From contig NC_058132.1 in assembly GCF_016433145.1 (NCBI RefSeq), positions 90,757,766-90,821,765 of the forward strand: a stretch of 64,000 nt of DNA. Direction: 5' to 3'. This document shows, in pieces, positions 39,337-51,797 of the stretch (position 1 is its first letter; every line of letters starts with the position of its first letter). Position numbers and translations under genes: made by a program. The notes below the pieces were generated by a model. That model saw nothing but the letters and a program-made list of their open reading frames with translations. It was not told where the DNA came from and did not search any database. The stretch is from Gracilinanus agilis (Eukaryota).

Positions 39337-40112
39337 TGCATTGATAATTTTAAAGAAGAGAGAGACAATAAGTAGTATATGACAACTAAAATTCTCTGAA
39401 ATGTCAAATGAACTGTGAGGTGCTAAATTGATATTCTTATAGCTGTTGCCGCCAGTAGAACCACACAATTTGAGCATGGGAGAATTCAGTTGAGTCCCTA
39501 CTTTACTCCACTGTTTTAGGCAACAATCCTTACTCAAGGAGTTTATATTCTCTTGGGGAGAAAAAATTTTTTGCCATATGACAGTTATTGGAAAAAAACA
39601 AATTGAAAAAATTTATGCAAAATTGTACTGAATGTGATTACTGTAAGATTTCACTAGAATTACTAGAATTACCTGGGACTTTGCAAGTGACTTGCAACCT
39701 AAGAATCAAATGCACTGGAAATAGATCACTCCCAGAGGTGTCCTGATTATATGAGCTATTTCAGAAGGTCCAGCAGACTGCCAGGTTATAAGGAGAATTG
39801 ATGTTGTTTGATATTGATGATCATCATTATATTACTTTGGTCTTTTGCTTCATGGTATTTACATTTACTGAATTTTCTTGGTGACTTTATTGATATGTAA
39901 ATCTCCCCTTTAATATTAGAACATAATATGCCCTCTAAATGGCTTCATATATATAACCTACCTTAGTTCATATAGAGAACCTACTTAATAAGGTTTGTCT
40001 TGCTTCCTATTTTAAATGTAGGTCCATTTGGCATAACCAGCAGAGATTAAGACAATGCAGCTGAAGATAAAGGAGTGATATAAGATCAGATATGGTGCTA
40101 AACCAATATATA

Positions 40113-40427
40113 CAGGTATCCCTTCCGCATCACAATTTCCCCCATAGCAGTTTCAGTATATTGGGGTTGGCATAAGAAATTAAGTGGAAATTTGGGGGAA
40201 TTTGGGGAAAGATACAGATGACACATGAAGGCCAGCATATGACTCAAAAAAGCTTAGAAACTCAGAAATGCATAAAATATTTGTACAGTATTGTATTTTA
40301 CAACAAGGTACTGCAAATACTCTATAAAAGAAAAAGAAAAAATTCAGAATTCTTCTCTGATATGAAGGGAGAGCCAAAAAAATTTAATGGATTTTCCAGA
40401 TCCCTCACAATGTAGCAGGGATAACTA
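40113..40427. mobile_element. Tigger/mariner-like MITE (~315 bp)
   Basis: Imperfect TIRs caggtatcccttccgcat...atgtagcagggataacta with TA on both sides. Confidence 0.65.
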
Positions 40428-40454
40428 TATACATATACATATGTGTGTGTGTAT

Positions 40455-40507
<53 letters not shown>

Positions 40508-40508
40508 T
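40428..40508. repeat. Compound (TA)n/(TG)n/(CA)n microsatellite
   Basis: Directly visible; starts at the TA flanking the Tigger-like MITE. Confidence 0.95.
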
Positions 40509-41479
40509 TGCTTTTGTTGTTCAGTTGTTTTGGTCAGTCCCAAATGGAGGGAATTATTGAAAGTTAGGCCAACTCAATAATCCATTGGTCCCAAATATGC
40601 TTCAATCAATTAATGTTGTAGAAGGTGTCACCCAGTCTGCAGCTTTTACATTGTTCACTATTCATAACATACCATGTATCTCCTACTTGTTTGTATCTGA
40701 AGAATTGGCACATACTTGCTCCCTTAGAGAGGAGCTGAAATACAAAAACCCATCTTATTTTATTGAGGTGGATATATTTGAATCGTCTTTATCTCATTGT
40801 CAAAAGTTATCACTAAAAACTAGCTGCATCTTGAAACCCTTGCTGATCTCCAGCAATCAACCTGTTAATGAGTTGCTACCTTAACATACTTTAATAAACT
40901 CTTTAAATTCTCTTTGTCTTGAGTTTTGCATATTTAATCATAGTAAAAACCTATCCAATTTTCTTTTAAACAGGTGGCTGATCAAAAACTTAATTGTCTC
41001 TACACCCTACCCCTTCAACTTAGCCTATTTCTAAGCCTTTTTTCATTATTGTTATAAACAATTTTTAAAGAACTAATTTTGCTCCTTATTAACCTCTGTG
41101 ATCAAGTCAAGCATTTGAATTTCCTTATGTTCTTTGGTTCTAGGTATGAGAACATAGGGGCAGCTCTGAGAGCCCCCATAAGCAATGCAACCTTTCCTAA
41201 TACAAAGGGATGCCAAACCCAAACTCAAACTTTCATTAACGTTTCTCTCTAACTGGAAGCATAATCATATCTGGCATATAGTAAGCACTGTATAAATTCT
41301 TGCTCACTTCCCTTACTTAAATTTTGAAAGATAACCTAAAAGTTGGGGGAATAGGAGGTTAGGATAAGCTGTTAGGACAAAGCACTATGGATATTACGTG
41401 TCATGTGACCATTATAAATTAATGAAAAAATATATGGTTCAATAGACACTGTCAGTCACTCATGTGGAGTGAAGAAAGT

Positions 41480-41960
41480 GATTTTTAAAATAATGACTCT
41501 AAAGAATAAAGAAGGCAATGTATTATAGCAATTGAGAATCAAGTTTGAAGATACATTCAAATGGATCTATAGAAAGGAAAGGAGTCCATAACCAAACTAG
41601 GGATAGAGAATACTATAGAAGATAAAATGGATAGTTTTGGCCATGTAAAATCTTTAAAAGTTTGTATAAATAGAGACAATGCAGTTAAAATTCAAATGAA
41701 AAGTGATCATTGAAGGGAAAATATGGTGAATTTCTTTGATAAGGGTCTCATTTTCAAGATCTAGAATTAATTCATTCAAATTTATAAAAATGAGAGTCAT
41801 TTCACAATTGATAAATGATCAACAAGTAATAAAGGAATATGAACATCAAAGGAAGAAATATGTTATCGACAGGCCTTTAAAAAGTATTCTAATTCACAAA
41901 TAATTTTCAGAATTCAGATTAAAGCAACTCTGAGATTCCAAACCCACCCCAAAGTAGATT
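41480..41960 (+). mobile_element. Degraded L1 ORF2 3' fragment
   Basis: gataagggtctcattttcaagat and attaaagcaactctgagattcca are ORF2 C-terminal-like. Confidence 0.55.
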
Positions 41961-42369
41961 GTCAATCTTATGTGACCCTGAATCAGTGCTGGGGAGAAAC
42001 CAGGGATCCATTTTCACTTAAATCCAACTTGGTCAGAAGACAAAGTCTAGATCTACAGGGGTCAAAGGAAGGTCAAACTGAGCATGGAAGGAATGGAAGA
42101 GGACCAAAATGTGAGGTAGAGACCAATGTGGGAAGAGGAAAATCACTGGGGGAGAGAGAACCGAGAGAACCAGGAGGACAGCATGGGGACAATAAAGAGA
42201 CCTCCAAGGCCCCACTTGTTCAGAGAAGGACTTGTAAGCCCAAGGCAGTTAAGTGGTGTGGTTATGGTTACATGAGAAGAACAGGAGAGACACCATGTAT
42301 GTCCAGTGTTTGGAGGTAGCCTGAACCTGAGCTTAGAAGGGCAGCTAAGGGGGCCACATTGGTCTAGAA

Positions 42370-42515
42370 TAGTGATGGCAAAACTTTTAGAGACCAAGTT
42401 CCCAAACTGTGACCCTCATGCTGCATGTGAGCATCCTGCCTTTCCCAGACAAGGGAAGGAGGAAGCACTCCCATTGGGCTGCTGGGAAGAGGGGCAGGTG
42501 AAGGAGAGGGGAGTG
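42370..42515. mobile_element. OC1-like hAT terminal fragment
   Basis: tagtgatggcaaaacttttagagacc... after gtctagaa; carries cccattgggctgctggg, the reverse of the motif in the 60096 copy. Confidence 0.65.
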
Positions 42516-42559
42516 GTTTTCATTAGTCAGCTTCTAAAGTTTTCGAATTAAACAATCCT

Positions 42560-43345
42560 CTGGTTGTACAAATGAGTCTCAGCTCTTGAATCATTGATTT
42601 TGTTTCAAACAACCTCTCTGCTTTCATTAGATCTCCCCTTGTGAGATTCATTCTCTGCAAACTGTCTCACTTAAAAATCTTTCCATTTCCTCTTCCTCTT
42701 AGCCCTTAGGGATAGCTCCATAAAGGGTAAGTCATCAGTCAGGAAGATGGTCTTGGATCCCTGATTCTCCTGCTTCTTCAGTATCATCAAGGGCTCTAAG
42801 TCAGTCATCAAAGAACAGACTCTGACTCCTTTTGTCTCCTGGCTTTGAGAGAGAAAAAAAAATCTGTTGTTTGGGTTGGAACTTTCCACTGATATCTGGC
42901 TCTGCAGTTATAAAAGAATAAGATAACATGCCCAACTTTATTCAGATTCTGGCTCCACTCTTCTGTTTCTAGGGGATTCTCTACCTTTCTTTTAAAATTC
43001 TTCACTTCAGAGCCACTGAGGGCAACATTACCATACCCAATCCCCTGTCCTAGTGGAGCTTCCTTCAGTGTGCATTGTTTCACCACTCCACCTAAGAGTA
43101 AGATTTTCTGATCCTCTATTAACTGTTCTAACTCCTGACTGAGAGGCCTGTAAGAATCAGGAGGAGGGCTTTTCTCTGCCGCAGCCTGCTTTAGGGCAGA
43201 ATCCTCCAATTTGCCCTTAACCTTGGGTTTGTGGTCCCCAGGGGGTAAAACTCCCTTCAGAGTCCAAGGCTAGCCCTGAGATGTTATGGTTTCAAACACT
43301 ATTGCTCATAAATCTCCACCAATGTGTCTTCCATTGGTTTCCCAT
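42560..43345 (-). mobile_element. Endogenous retrovirus gag relic (class I, HERV-I/ERV1-like)
   Basis: Minus strand starts ATG GGA AAC CAA (MGNQ, 43345), then a W.SEGSFTPW-like matrix motif and, in ORF 42808-43209, LKEAPLGQGIGYGNVALSGSEVKNFKRK, resembling the PL.EVP.G..GIG.VN.PL..SEV.NFK capsid-start motif. Internally deleted. Confidence 0.65.
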
Positions 43346-43691
43346 CAGTAGCTTCAATTAGTCTTTGGCAAAGTTGTCTGTCAACAAGCATTTTTTAAGT
43401 GTTAGGTCCTATACTAAGCATGAGTGCTGGGGAAGCAAAGAAAGGCAAAAACAGGTCCTTCCTTCAAGGAGCTCTCCTTATTTTGAGGATAGTATAAAAA
43501 GTGTACATACAATGTATAGAAAACTTAGGTGAATATAATCTGAAAAGGGGAAATATTAGCTGGGGGAAAGGAGACCAGGAAAGGGCTGCTACACAAAATA
43601 CAATTTGAGCTGAACTTGAGTAAGCTAGGGGAACCCAGATGTGGAGGTCTGGGGCCAGCGACTGGGGGTGAGTCAAAGTATTCCATGCATG

Positions 43692-44183
43692 TGTGACAAT
43701 TAAAAATGCCAAAAGGCAGAAATTCTGGGTATTAATTTATTCATTGGCTGATCAATACAAATCAATTTGGTCAAATAATTCTCTCATTAACCAAAAGACC
43801 CCAAGTTTCTAACATGAATCTCTAAATACAATTTGTGATTTTACCTCTTTGCCCCCCCCCCAGACACCTAAAATATCTCTGATTGGTGAATAGCTAATGG
43901 AGAGGTGATCCATCAAAACTCTTAACCCCTCCCCATGCCCTGGGTGATTGTGGACAGTCACATATTGTTCTCATAACCTTAACATCTAGGAGGAACAAAC
44001 CAAGTCTGCCCTGTCAAGAGTATCCTTCTTAATGGGATTGGGAAAGTAATCCTTTCTTAATGGGAAATTGACAGATTCCATTTTGTTAAATGTAGGAACA
44101 TCTAGAATAAGTTGGTTCTTATCTAATGAGTAAGGCAGATCTCACAATCTTGCCCATAATCATACTTTCCTCTTCATTATACA
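43692..44183. mobile_element. Possible LTR-like insert interrupting an L2
   Basis: TG...CA-bounded segment that splits an L2 fragment; no convincing target duplication. Confidence 0.3.
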
Positions 44184-45325
44184 ATGGGAAAAGTTTGTTG
44201 GGTGAGGCATTCCTTAAAGCACCTAAGAATAAAGGAATGAGGGCTAAGTTCCTGCCTCAGAACTCAGGAATAGAAATAATTTAACATACTAAAAATGAAT
44301 CCTTTCACACGGTAGACAATTAGTACAAGCCATGGAAACAGGAGATAGGGTAGTCGAGAAACCATAAGTCTGCCAGTGGAACTTCATAGCAGAGTATTTG
44401 AAAAGGCAATAAGGATTAAGAAGCATGGAAAGATAGAAAAGGACCAGTTTGTGAAGATCTCTAAATGCCAAAGAGAGGCCTTTATATAGGATCCAGGAGG
44501 TTATGCCACTGAAGCAGGGAGGTGGCATAATCAGCCTGTACTTTAGACAAATCACTTTGGTAGATGAAAGAAGATGTAATGAAGTAGAGAGAATTTGAGA
44601 CAGAAAGACTACTCTGGAGGCTATTTCCAGTAAGCCAAGCAAAGAGATGAGAGTGTATACAAAGGTAGTTGTAAGAATAAAGAAGTTGTGAAGGATAAAA
44701 ATGGCCAGAGTGGACATTGGATTGGATATGTAGACTTATCAGAATGGGAAGTCAAGTTATTAAGGTGATAAGCCTGGGAAACTGGAAATCTCCTTGACAG
44801 CAACAGGGGAAATTGGAAGTGAGAAGAGTTTCAGGGAAATAATGAGTTCTGCTTTAGAGATGCTGAATATAGATGCCTATGGGACATCCAGTTTGAAATA
44901 GCCAAGAAGCAGATGGAGAACTATATCTCAACATAAAGATTAGGGTTAGATAGGTCAGTGAATCATGCTTAAGATGTGTCTTCCATGATACACTGAATCA
45001 AATTGTATCCCACTGAACCTGTGGGATCTGATGAGGCCACCCAGTATAAGATAATATACCAGGGCACAAGACAGAGCCTTGAAGGCATCCACAGTGGGTC
45101 TAGAAAGGATGAAGAACTAGCAAAGGATACTAAGGAATTGTTAAACAAATAGAAGGAGATGTAATAGAAGGAGAAAACAATGACACAAAAAATTAAGAAA
45201 AGAAAAGCTATCCAAAAGGAGATAATTGACATTGATAAAAGCTACAGAGAAGATGAGGATTGAGAAAAGCCTAGTATATTTGTCACTGGTACCCTTGGAG
45301 AAGATACTTTCAGTTACATGGTAAA

Positions 45326-45399
45326 ATGATAAAGCAGATTACAGAGGGGTTAGGTGAATGAGATGATAAAGCAGATTACAGAGGGGTTAGGTGAATGAG
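45326..45399 (+). repeat. Perfect 37-bp tandem duplication
   Basis: atgataaagcagattacagaggggttaggtgaatgag twice (45326-45362; 45363-45399). Confidence 0.97.
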
Positions 45400-45961
45400 A
45401 AGTGGAATCATCTGGTATAGATGGCTTTCTCAAGGAGATTAACTACAAAGGTGAAAAGAAATATAGAATGAGAGTCAGTGGGGATGATTAAATCGTATGA
45501 GATTTTTTTAAGGATAGAGGAGACATGGGCATGTTTGTAAGGAAGTGGAAAGGATCCAATCAACACATAGAAATTAAAGATGGGAGAGTGAGGATGATAA
45601 TGGAGGCAAATTGCCTCTTTTCAGACTGAGAGTTTCCTAAGGGCAGTTATACTTCACCCAAGCAAATCAGAGACTTCCTGAGGGCAAAAGAACCTCTCAA
45701 ATCAGTCAAAATACCAACTATGTGCCAGGCACTGGGCTAAGCTCTGGAGTCACAAAAAGAGGCAAAAGATAGCCTCTGCCCTTTGGGAACTTACTGAGGC
45801 CTCCTCTGGAAAAAAAAAAGTATGCGTTCACTTACCAACATGAATTTACCAACAGTGAAACAGTCATAACTCATCTTCCTTTTCCACCATTTTGAAGCCT
45901 AGTTCAAGTCCCCAGTGAAATCTGTTTCTGCCCCTCTCCTGCCCATTCCTATGACTCCAAC

Positions 45962-46912
45962 TTATATATTCTTTCTATGGAACAGACCTAGAACTCGGTC
46001 ACGAATTTGCTTCGTCTTAATGCCATAGATTATAGGATTGACCATGGGTGGGAAAAGAAGGTAGAAATTGGCAGCAAGGATATGGACATGGGGAGCAGCA
46101 TGGCGGGCCATGCGGTGCAAGAAGGACGAGAGCACTGCAGGGGTGTAGAAGGCCAGGATGGCACCCACATGGGATGCACATGTCCCAAAGGCCTTAAAGC
46201 GGGCTTCTCGAGATGCTAGTCTCAGGACTGCCCTCAAAATGAGAGAATAGGAAAGGGCCACAAAGAAGAGATCCATCCCACCTATAACCAGTGTTACTGC
46301 GATGCCGTAGATGTTATTGAACCGTGTGTTACCGCAGGCCAGTTTTACCACTGCCATGTGTTCACAGTAGCAGTGTTTGATCACCCGGCCTCGACAGTAT
46401 GGGAATCGCCTGAGAAGGAAGGGCAGCGGAGTCATCAGTGCCACAGCCCGAACGACAGCTGCCATCCCAATCCTGGCAATGAGTTGGTGTGTTAGTACTG
46501 TGGCATAGTGAAGAGGGTCACAGATAGCCATGTATCGGTCAAAAGCCATGGCCACGAGAATGGCTGACTCCATTATGGAAACGGAGTGGAGGAAGAACAT
46601 CTGGGTTAAACAGGCATGGAAATTAATTTCCTGATCGCCAAACCAGAACAGGCTCAGCATCTTAGGCAATGTGGAGGAGGAGAGAACCAGATCAATGGCT
46701 GACAACATGGCCAGAAAGAGATACATAGGCTCATGGAGAGTGGCATCTGCCCTGATGATAAAGATGAGGGTACAATTGCCCAACAAGGCCAGTGTATAAG
46801 CTGAGCAGAAGGGAATGGAGATCCAGATGTGCAGATGTTCTAGACCTGGGATCCCCAAAAGCAGGAAGGACGATGGATGCAAGGAGGTGCTGTTCATGAC
46901 TGACATAGCCAC
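45962..46912 (-). CDS. OR52K-like: Class I olfactory receptor, second OR52K paralogue, intact (316 aa)
   Basis: Intact ORF, roughly 80-85% identical by eye to the 30649 protein, with many synonymous differences; NST sequon and all OR motifs present. Confidence 0.95.
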   Translation of the reverse strand: MAMSVMNSTSLHPSSFLLLGIPGLEHLHIWISIPFCSAYTLALLGNCTLIFIIRADATLHEPMYLFLAMLSAIDLVLSSSTLPKMLSLFWFGDQEINFHACLTQMFFLHSVSIMESAILVAMAFDRYMAICDPLHYATVLTHQLIARIGMAAVVRAVALMTPLPFLLRRFPYCRGRVIKHCYCEHMAVVKLACGNTRFNNIYGIAVTLVIGGMDLFFVALSYSLILRAVLRLASREARFKAFGTCASHVGAILAFYTPAVLSSFLHRMARHAAPHVHILAANFYLLFPPMVNPIIYGIKTKQIRDRVLGLFHRKNI

Positions 46913-47054
46913 TGTATGCTGGCCTCATCCACATCTGTGTTCTTAGACATCTGTCTCCTTCAGAATCAGACATATCAATCTCTGACCTCCCAATTGTGAA
47001 GATGACTCCTGGTCCTCATTCCAAAACCTAATGAAAAATCAGGGCATGAGTGAG

Positions 47055-47080
47055 CTGAATAAATGAAAAGAAGTATACTT
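47055..47080 (-). promoter_or_regulatory. Probable splice acceptor for OR52K (-)
   Basis: Minus strand reads tacttcttttcatttattcAG|ctcactca with AG at 47056-47055. Confidence 0.55.
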
Positions 47081-50000
47081 AAAAAAAAACTTGGAATGTC
47101 ACTAGAAATGCAATACAATATATACATACTCTCAAATTTAAATAATACAAACAATGCCAAGTAAGCCATACAAGTAATAAGTGCCATAGGATTTGGAAGA
47201 AGAAATTCATGCTATGGGCTAGCATGGTTAGGAGGGGTTACACCAAGATGGTAGGACATCTATTAGGCTAGTACTCATTTCTAAACCCTACAATGATTCC
47301 CTATTACAAGCAATAACAGGGAACGTTTTGGAGTGAATTCTCAAATTTAGCTGTCTATTTGGATCAGATTAACTGAATAATTGCCAAAACACCACTTTCA
47401 TGTTCTGTAGAGTTATTCTAGCCTTTCTTACAATCTACTAATTCTACAATAGACATTGATAAGGATATCATGGCCCCTTCCTTTACTGAAGATGAGAATG
47501 TTTAAATGAATTACATTGAGTTTTTGCTTAGGATCATAGAATTATAGCATCTCAGAACTTGAAGGGATATCATAGGACATATAGTCCAGCCTAAAGTTCA
47601 GAAGGAATCTCTTCTACAAGATCCCAGGCCTGATCAGCCAGCCTCTTTGAGTCCTCCAATGAGTGAGGTTCATAGGAGGCCACCTATTCTGAATTGAATA
47701 GTTTAGATGATTAGAAGAGCTGAGATCTGTATCTTTGAAATTTTCACCCAAGTGCTTTTTGTTCTGCATTCTGAGGTCAAAAGAACAAATCTAATCCCTC
47801 TTCCCTATATCAGTCCTACAAAGACTGGAGACAATTATATCTCCCTCCTTTTTATCCAGGTTTTTTCAAGCTAAAAATTCCCAGTATCTTAAATTAATGA
47901 TTGGATGACATGCTCTCATGGCCCCTCACTACCATGGCCACCACACCTGTGAATAATCTCCAATTTATTAAAACCTTCCTAGAACATGTCACTTAGAACT
48001 GAATGTTGCAGATAAGGGCAAAGGACAGCAAGATTACACTCTTGTTCTTGATACCATACTTCTGGAACTGCCTATGTCTGCATCCGTCTGTTCTTACTTT
48101 CCTGTCTCAAAGGAAAAGATGTCCCTCCTTCCAAAGCTAAACCAATTCTTCAATATTATCTCCACCAGGACCTTTGACAGCTTCCTTTCTATGTCAAACA
48201 GCATCAGTCTCACCTATATTGAAGGGGAGAAATGTCCCTTAACCTGCTATTAGTTTGAGTTAATAATCTGCTCTGATCCCTTCCTTTTACTATTAATCTT
48301 TTCAAATAAACACAGTTCCTTAAATATAGTGACCATTTAGAAAATATTTGTTGAAAGGATCCTACTCTGAAAAGGTGGTATAGTTCAGGAGAAAGAAACT
48401 TGGCTTTGGAGTCAGAAGTCTCTGTCACTTACTACTTGTGTGACCCTGGGCAGTTCTTTGAACCTCTCTGGGTTTGTTTCCTCATCTGTAAAATGACCAC
48501 ATTGCTCTAGATAATCTCTTGGGTTTTTTCTAACTAAATTCAGGAATCTATGACACTGTGGTCCTTCACTGTTTGAGACTTCAATTATTTGCACCACATT
48601 TTTTTCACAGTCCTACAGTTTTACCAACTTGTCTTCACACCAGAAAGTATAGGGTCTCTGTATCTCCTATTTTTTTTTCAGCTTCTCCCTCCCCAGTTCC
48701 TAATAGAGAGCTCTACTGCCAGTGGTTTCTCAATTAATTAATGCTGAGGGCTAATTGACTGACAGAGCTTTCATTCCAAAGCAAGGTTCTTAAACTCCAT
48801 TGTTGTCATCTACACCACTGACAATCTAGTGAAGTCAATGTATCCCTCCTCAAAATAATGTTTTATTACCTAAAATAATAATCCTAAGCCAAGAACTCCT
48901 ATTCCAGAGAATTATAAAACATCAAAATAGAGGGAAAGATATGGCAGTTGGAGAACCTATTTTCTAGTTCAAACCTTAGCCCTGAGTTGTTAAATTTCCT
49001 TGTTCAAATTTCTTAACCTCTCTTGGCATAAGTCCTTTCATCTGTCAGATGAAGTTTTGGACTAAATGCTTTCAGCCCTAGAATTTTACAATTCTAGACT
49101 GGAAGACTTTGGGAAATGGGTTAAAGTTTTGTTGGTTAAAATTTTGCTAGAGCCAGAGTGCCTGCCTTCTGGCCCCCTGTCAATGTGCAGCATTTGGGGA
49201 GTGTCCCTAAAATGCCATTTGTCTTTACTTATGTCCCATGTTTTCCAGTCTTGGTAAAGGGTCGAACTCTCTTATACAACACCTTTTGTCCTTTTTGTGT
49301 GGCCAATGGCATTCAGCCATTGCTCACAAAGGATATGTGTCAAATTGAAATCTGGTTGCCTCTGGCAATATAATGTAAATAATTCATCCTGAACTCTAGT
49401 TCTATTTCCCCATCCACTGGCCCATATATGCCTTTAGTTCAGGAGTTAGGAGTTTAAATCTGCCCTCAGACACATATTAATTGTGTAACACTAGACAATC
49501 TCTCAACCACTGTCTACCTCAGTTTCCTTTTCCTTGTCTTTAAAATGGAGATAACACATCTATCTCCCAGGGATAGTAATATTTGTAAGGCTAAGAGAGA
49601 TATTTAAGTACTAGCTACTACTGAGGGAAGAGACTATTTTTCCCATTCTTTATATCTTCACTATTTAGTACTGTGCCTGACATCTAGGAAGCCCTTAATA
49701 AATGCTTGTTGATTGACTTTCTTAATGACCCTATGTCTCTGGAACCCACTATATTTTAGAAGTGACATGGAAAAGCTTGACTGCATTCAGAGGAAAGCAG
49801 CCATGATTGGGAACTACCTCTTCAGAGGTTTAATTTAATGGTTTCTGTTGATGACTGCCTTCTACATCACTGTCTACTTCTGGGGCACATTCAATCTCAA
49901 ACTCTACTTTCCCAACTATACTCTGAAAAGTTCTATCGTTGTCTAGCAGTTTGTAAGAGTTCTATCCCTTCACTCAAATTTTCACATGAAATACATGCAG

Positions 50001-50196
50001 AAAGAAATGGAATTTAGAAGTCCTATGAAATTAGATGGGAAAATACAAAATTCAGTGTCACAGACACCACCTTGTAGCCATGGATGTATTTATTCCTTAG
50101 TGCAGTCAAAAGGTTTACCAGAAAATCATAGAATTCTTGCCACCCAAACTGGGAAATCTATTCTATCTCTGTGACCCAGCTAAGAAAGCTCATAAC

Positions 50197-50657
50197 TCAG
50201 GAGTTCTTAAGCTGTGGCCAATGAACTTTAAAATGTATTTTTGGATAATTGAACTTCAGTATAATTGATTTCCTTTGCAATCCCATAATTTTATATGTGA
50301 GGTAGTTTTGTGGCAAAGTGGATAGAATGCTGGACCTGAGGTCAAAATTAACAGAGTTCTAATCTGGCTTCAGACAGTAGCTGTATGACCCCAGACAAGT
50401 GTCTTAAGCTCTGTTTGCCCAATTTCCTCATTTGTCATATGAGGATGATAATAGTACTTACCTCCAATGGTGGTTGTGAGAATAGAATGGGCTAATATTT
50501 TCAAAGTGCTTTTCAAACCTTTTCAAACTATGAATTGCTATAAAAATTCAAGTTATTATTATTAATTTTATGCATTTGAAAACTATTTTAAGAAGGGATC
50601 CACAGACTTCATCAGACTGCAAAAGGGGATCAGGACACAAAAAAAGTTGACTCCTGT
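50197..50657 (+). mobile_element. Old hAT (Charlie/MER-type) MITE interrupted by a MIR-like SINE (~50300-50560)
   Basis: caggagttcttaagctgtgg... and ...ggacacaaaaaaagttgactcctg ends. Confidence 0.5.
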
Positions 50658-50822
50658 CATACTGCTTTATCAAGATCTCTACCACTTTTCCTCTAACTCT
50701 TTGAGTACAGAGAGCAAGAAAAGATTCTGACCAGAGCTTTCCACGCTTTGTCTCCTCTGCAACACCCAGCATAGTATTTTACATAAAGCAGATGACCAAC
50801 TAATATTTGTTGAGTTGACTAA

Positions 50823-51797
50823 TGTTATATTGAAACTCTGGGAGCTGAGAGGCTCACCGTTGATTGACAGGTGAAGACTGTTGGATATCAGAATGTTCCC
50901 AGAGGCCATGAGGACAGGGGAGAAAGCAGTTGGCCAGGGGGGGGTATAAATACCCTGGCAGCCCTGGCTTTTGGTTCCTTTCCTTTCATTTTCCTTGGAC
51001 CTGAGATCTGTGGACCTTGGTCTATTGGGATCTAAGACTTGCTTGGCTCAGCCTTGCAAGAACTCCTGTCTTGTACATCATTGACATTTGCCAACCTGTT
51101 TCCAGACCATGAATCCTCTTATTCTACTGTCCCCTAGATATTTAGGAATTCAAACCATCTTTAGATATCTAGGTATCCCGGGGCCCGGGAGGGATCCAGG
51201 AAGTGGGCAGGAGAAGAAGAGGGTGAAAAGGGGTGGTTCCTGAAGACTGTAAGAGCATAACATCTGGCAAGAAGAAGAAGCTGAAAAACATCAAACAACA
51301 GCTTGCTTGCTCTGGTTTGGCTGTGGCCAGGCTGAGCCAGAGGAGCTATTATTAACTAGCCAGAATCATTCACTTGCCTACAGCTCTGAAGGATTAGTTT
51401 ATTATCAAAGTTAGTTTAGGGTTTCCCTATTCCTCTTCCCATTTCCTAATACTCCTTCTTTGCTAAATATAGATAAAGCTATTCAAGTACCTTCCTGGAA
51501 TGGTTGTTTCATCACTTCTCTGGGAAGGGAGCAACGCAGTCAGATAAATGTGTCCAAGGCTAATAGAGCCCAATATCCATCATTAATCAACCCCGGGTGG
51601 GACCTGAAGGGATACCATCTACTGACCTGAAGGATCCTGCTTGGGCACTGTTATAAGGGAGGGAAGTGTCACAATATCTAGCTAGGTGGCAAGACTCAGG
51701 TGATCTTGCACTAGCCACATATCTGAACTACCACTGGTCACCCAATTAACAGTGGTAGTATCCAGTTTACCCTCTCTCTATCCCCATTTTTATAACA
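50823..51797 (+). mobile_element. Solo LTR, ERV1-like (975 bp)
   Basis: Inverted termini TGTTATA...TATAACA, 4-bp target duplication ctaa (50819-50822; 51798-51801) and TATA box gtataaata at ~50944. Confidence 0.75.

Larger units (their letters stand above)
43380..45620 (-). mobile_element. Ancient L2 fragments
   Basis: L2 tail (caacaagcatttttt) at 43380 and typical reverse L2 ORF2 text (gagttctgctttagagatgctgaatatagatgcctatgggacatccag) at ~44850; split by an insert at 43692-44183. Confidence 0.6.

Noticed and set aside
41972-42319. 115-aa ORF
   Set aside because: Purine-rich low-complexity sequence with an RTE/LINE-like scrap; no coherent domain or exon structure.
49561-49575. Perfect O/E (EBF) palindrome TCCCAGGGA upstream of OR52K(-)
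   Set aside because: Lies in a MIR-derived segment whose consensus already has tctcccaggg; no independent support.
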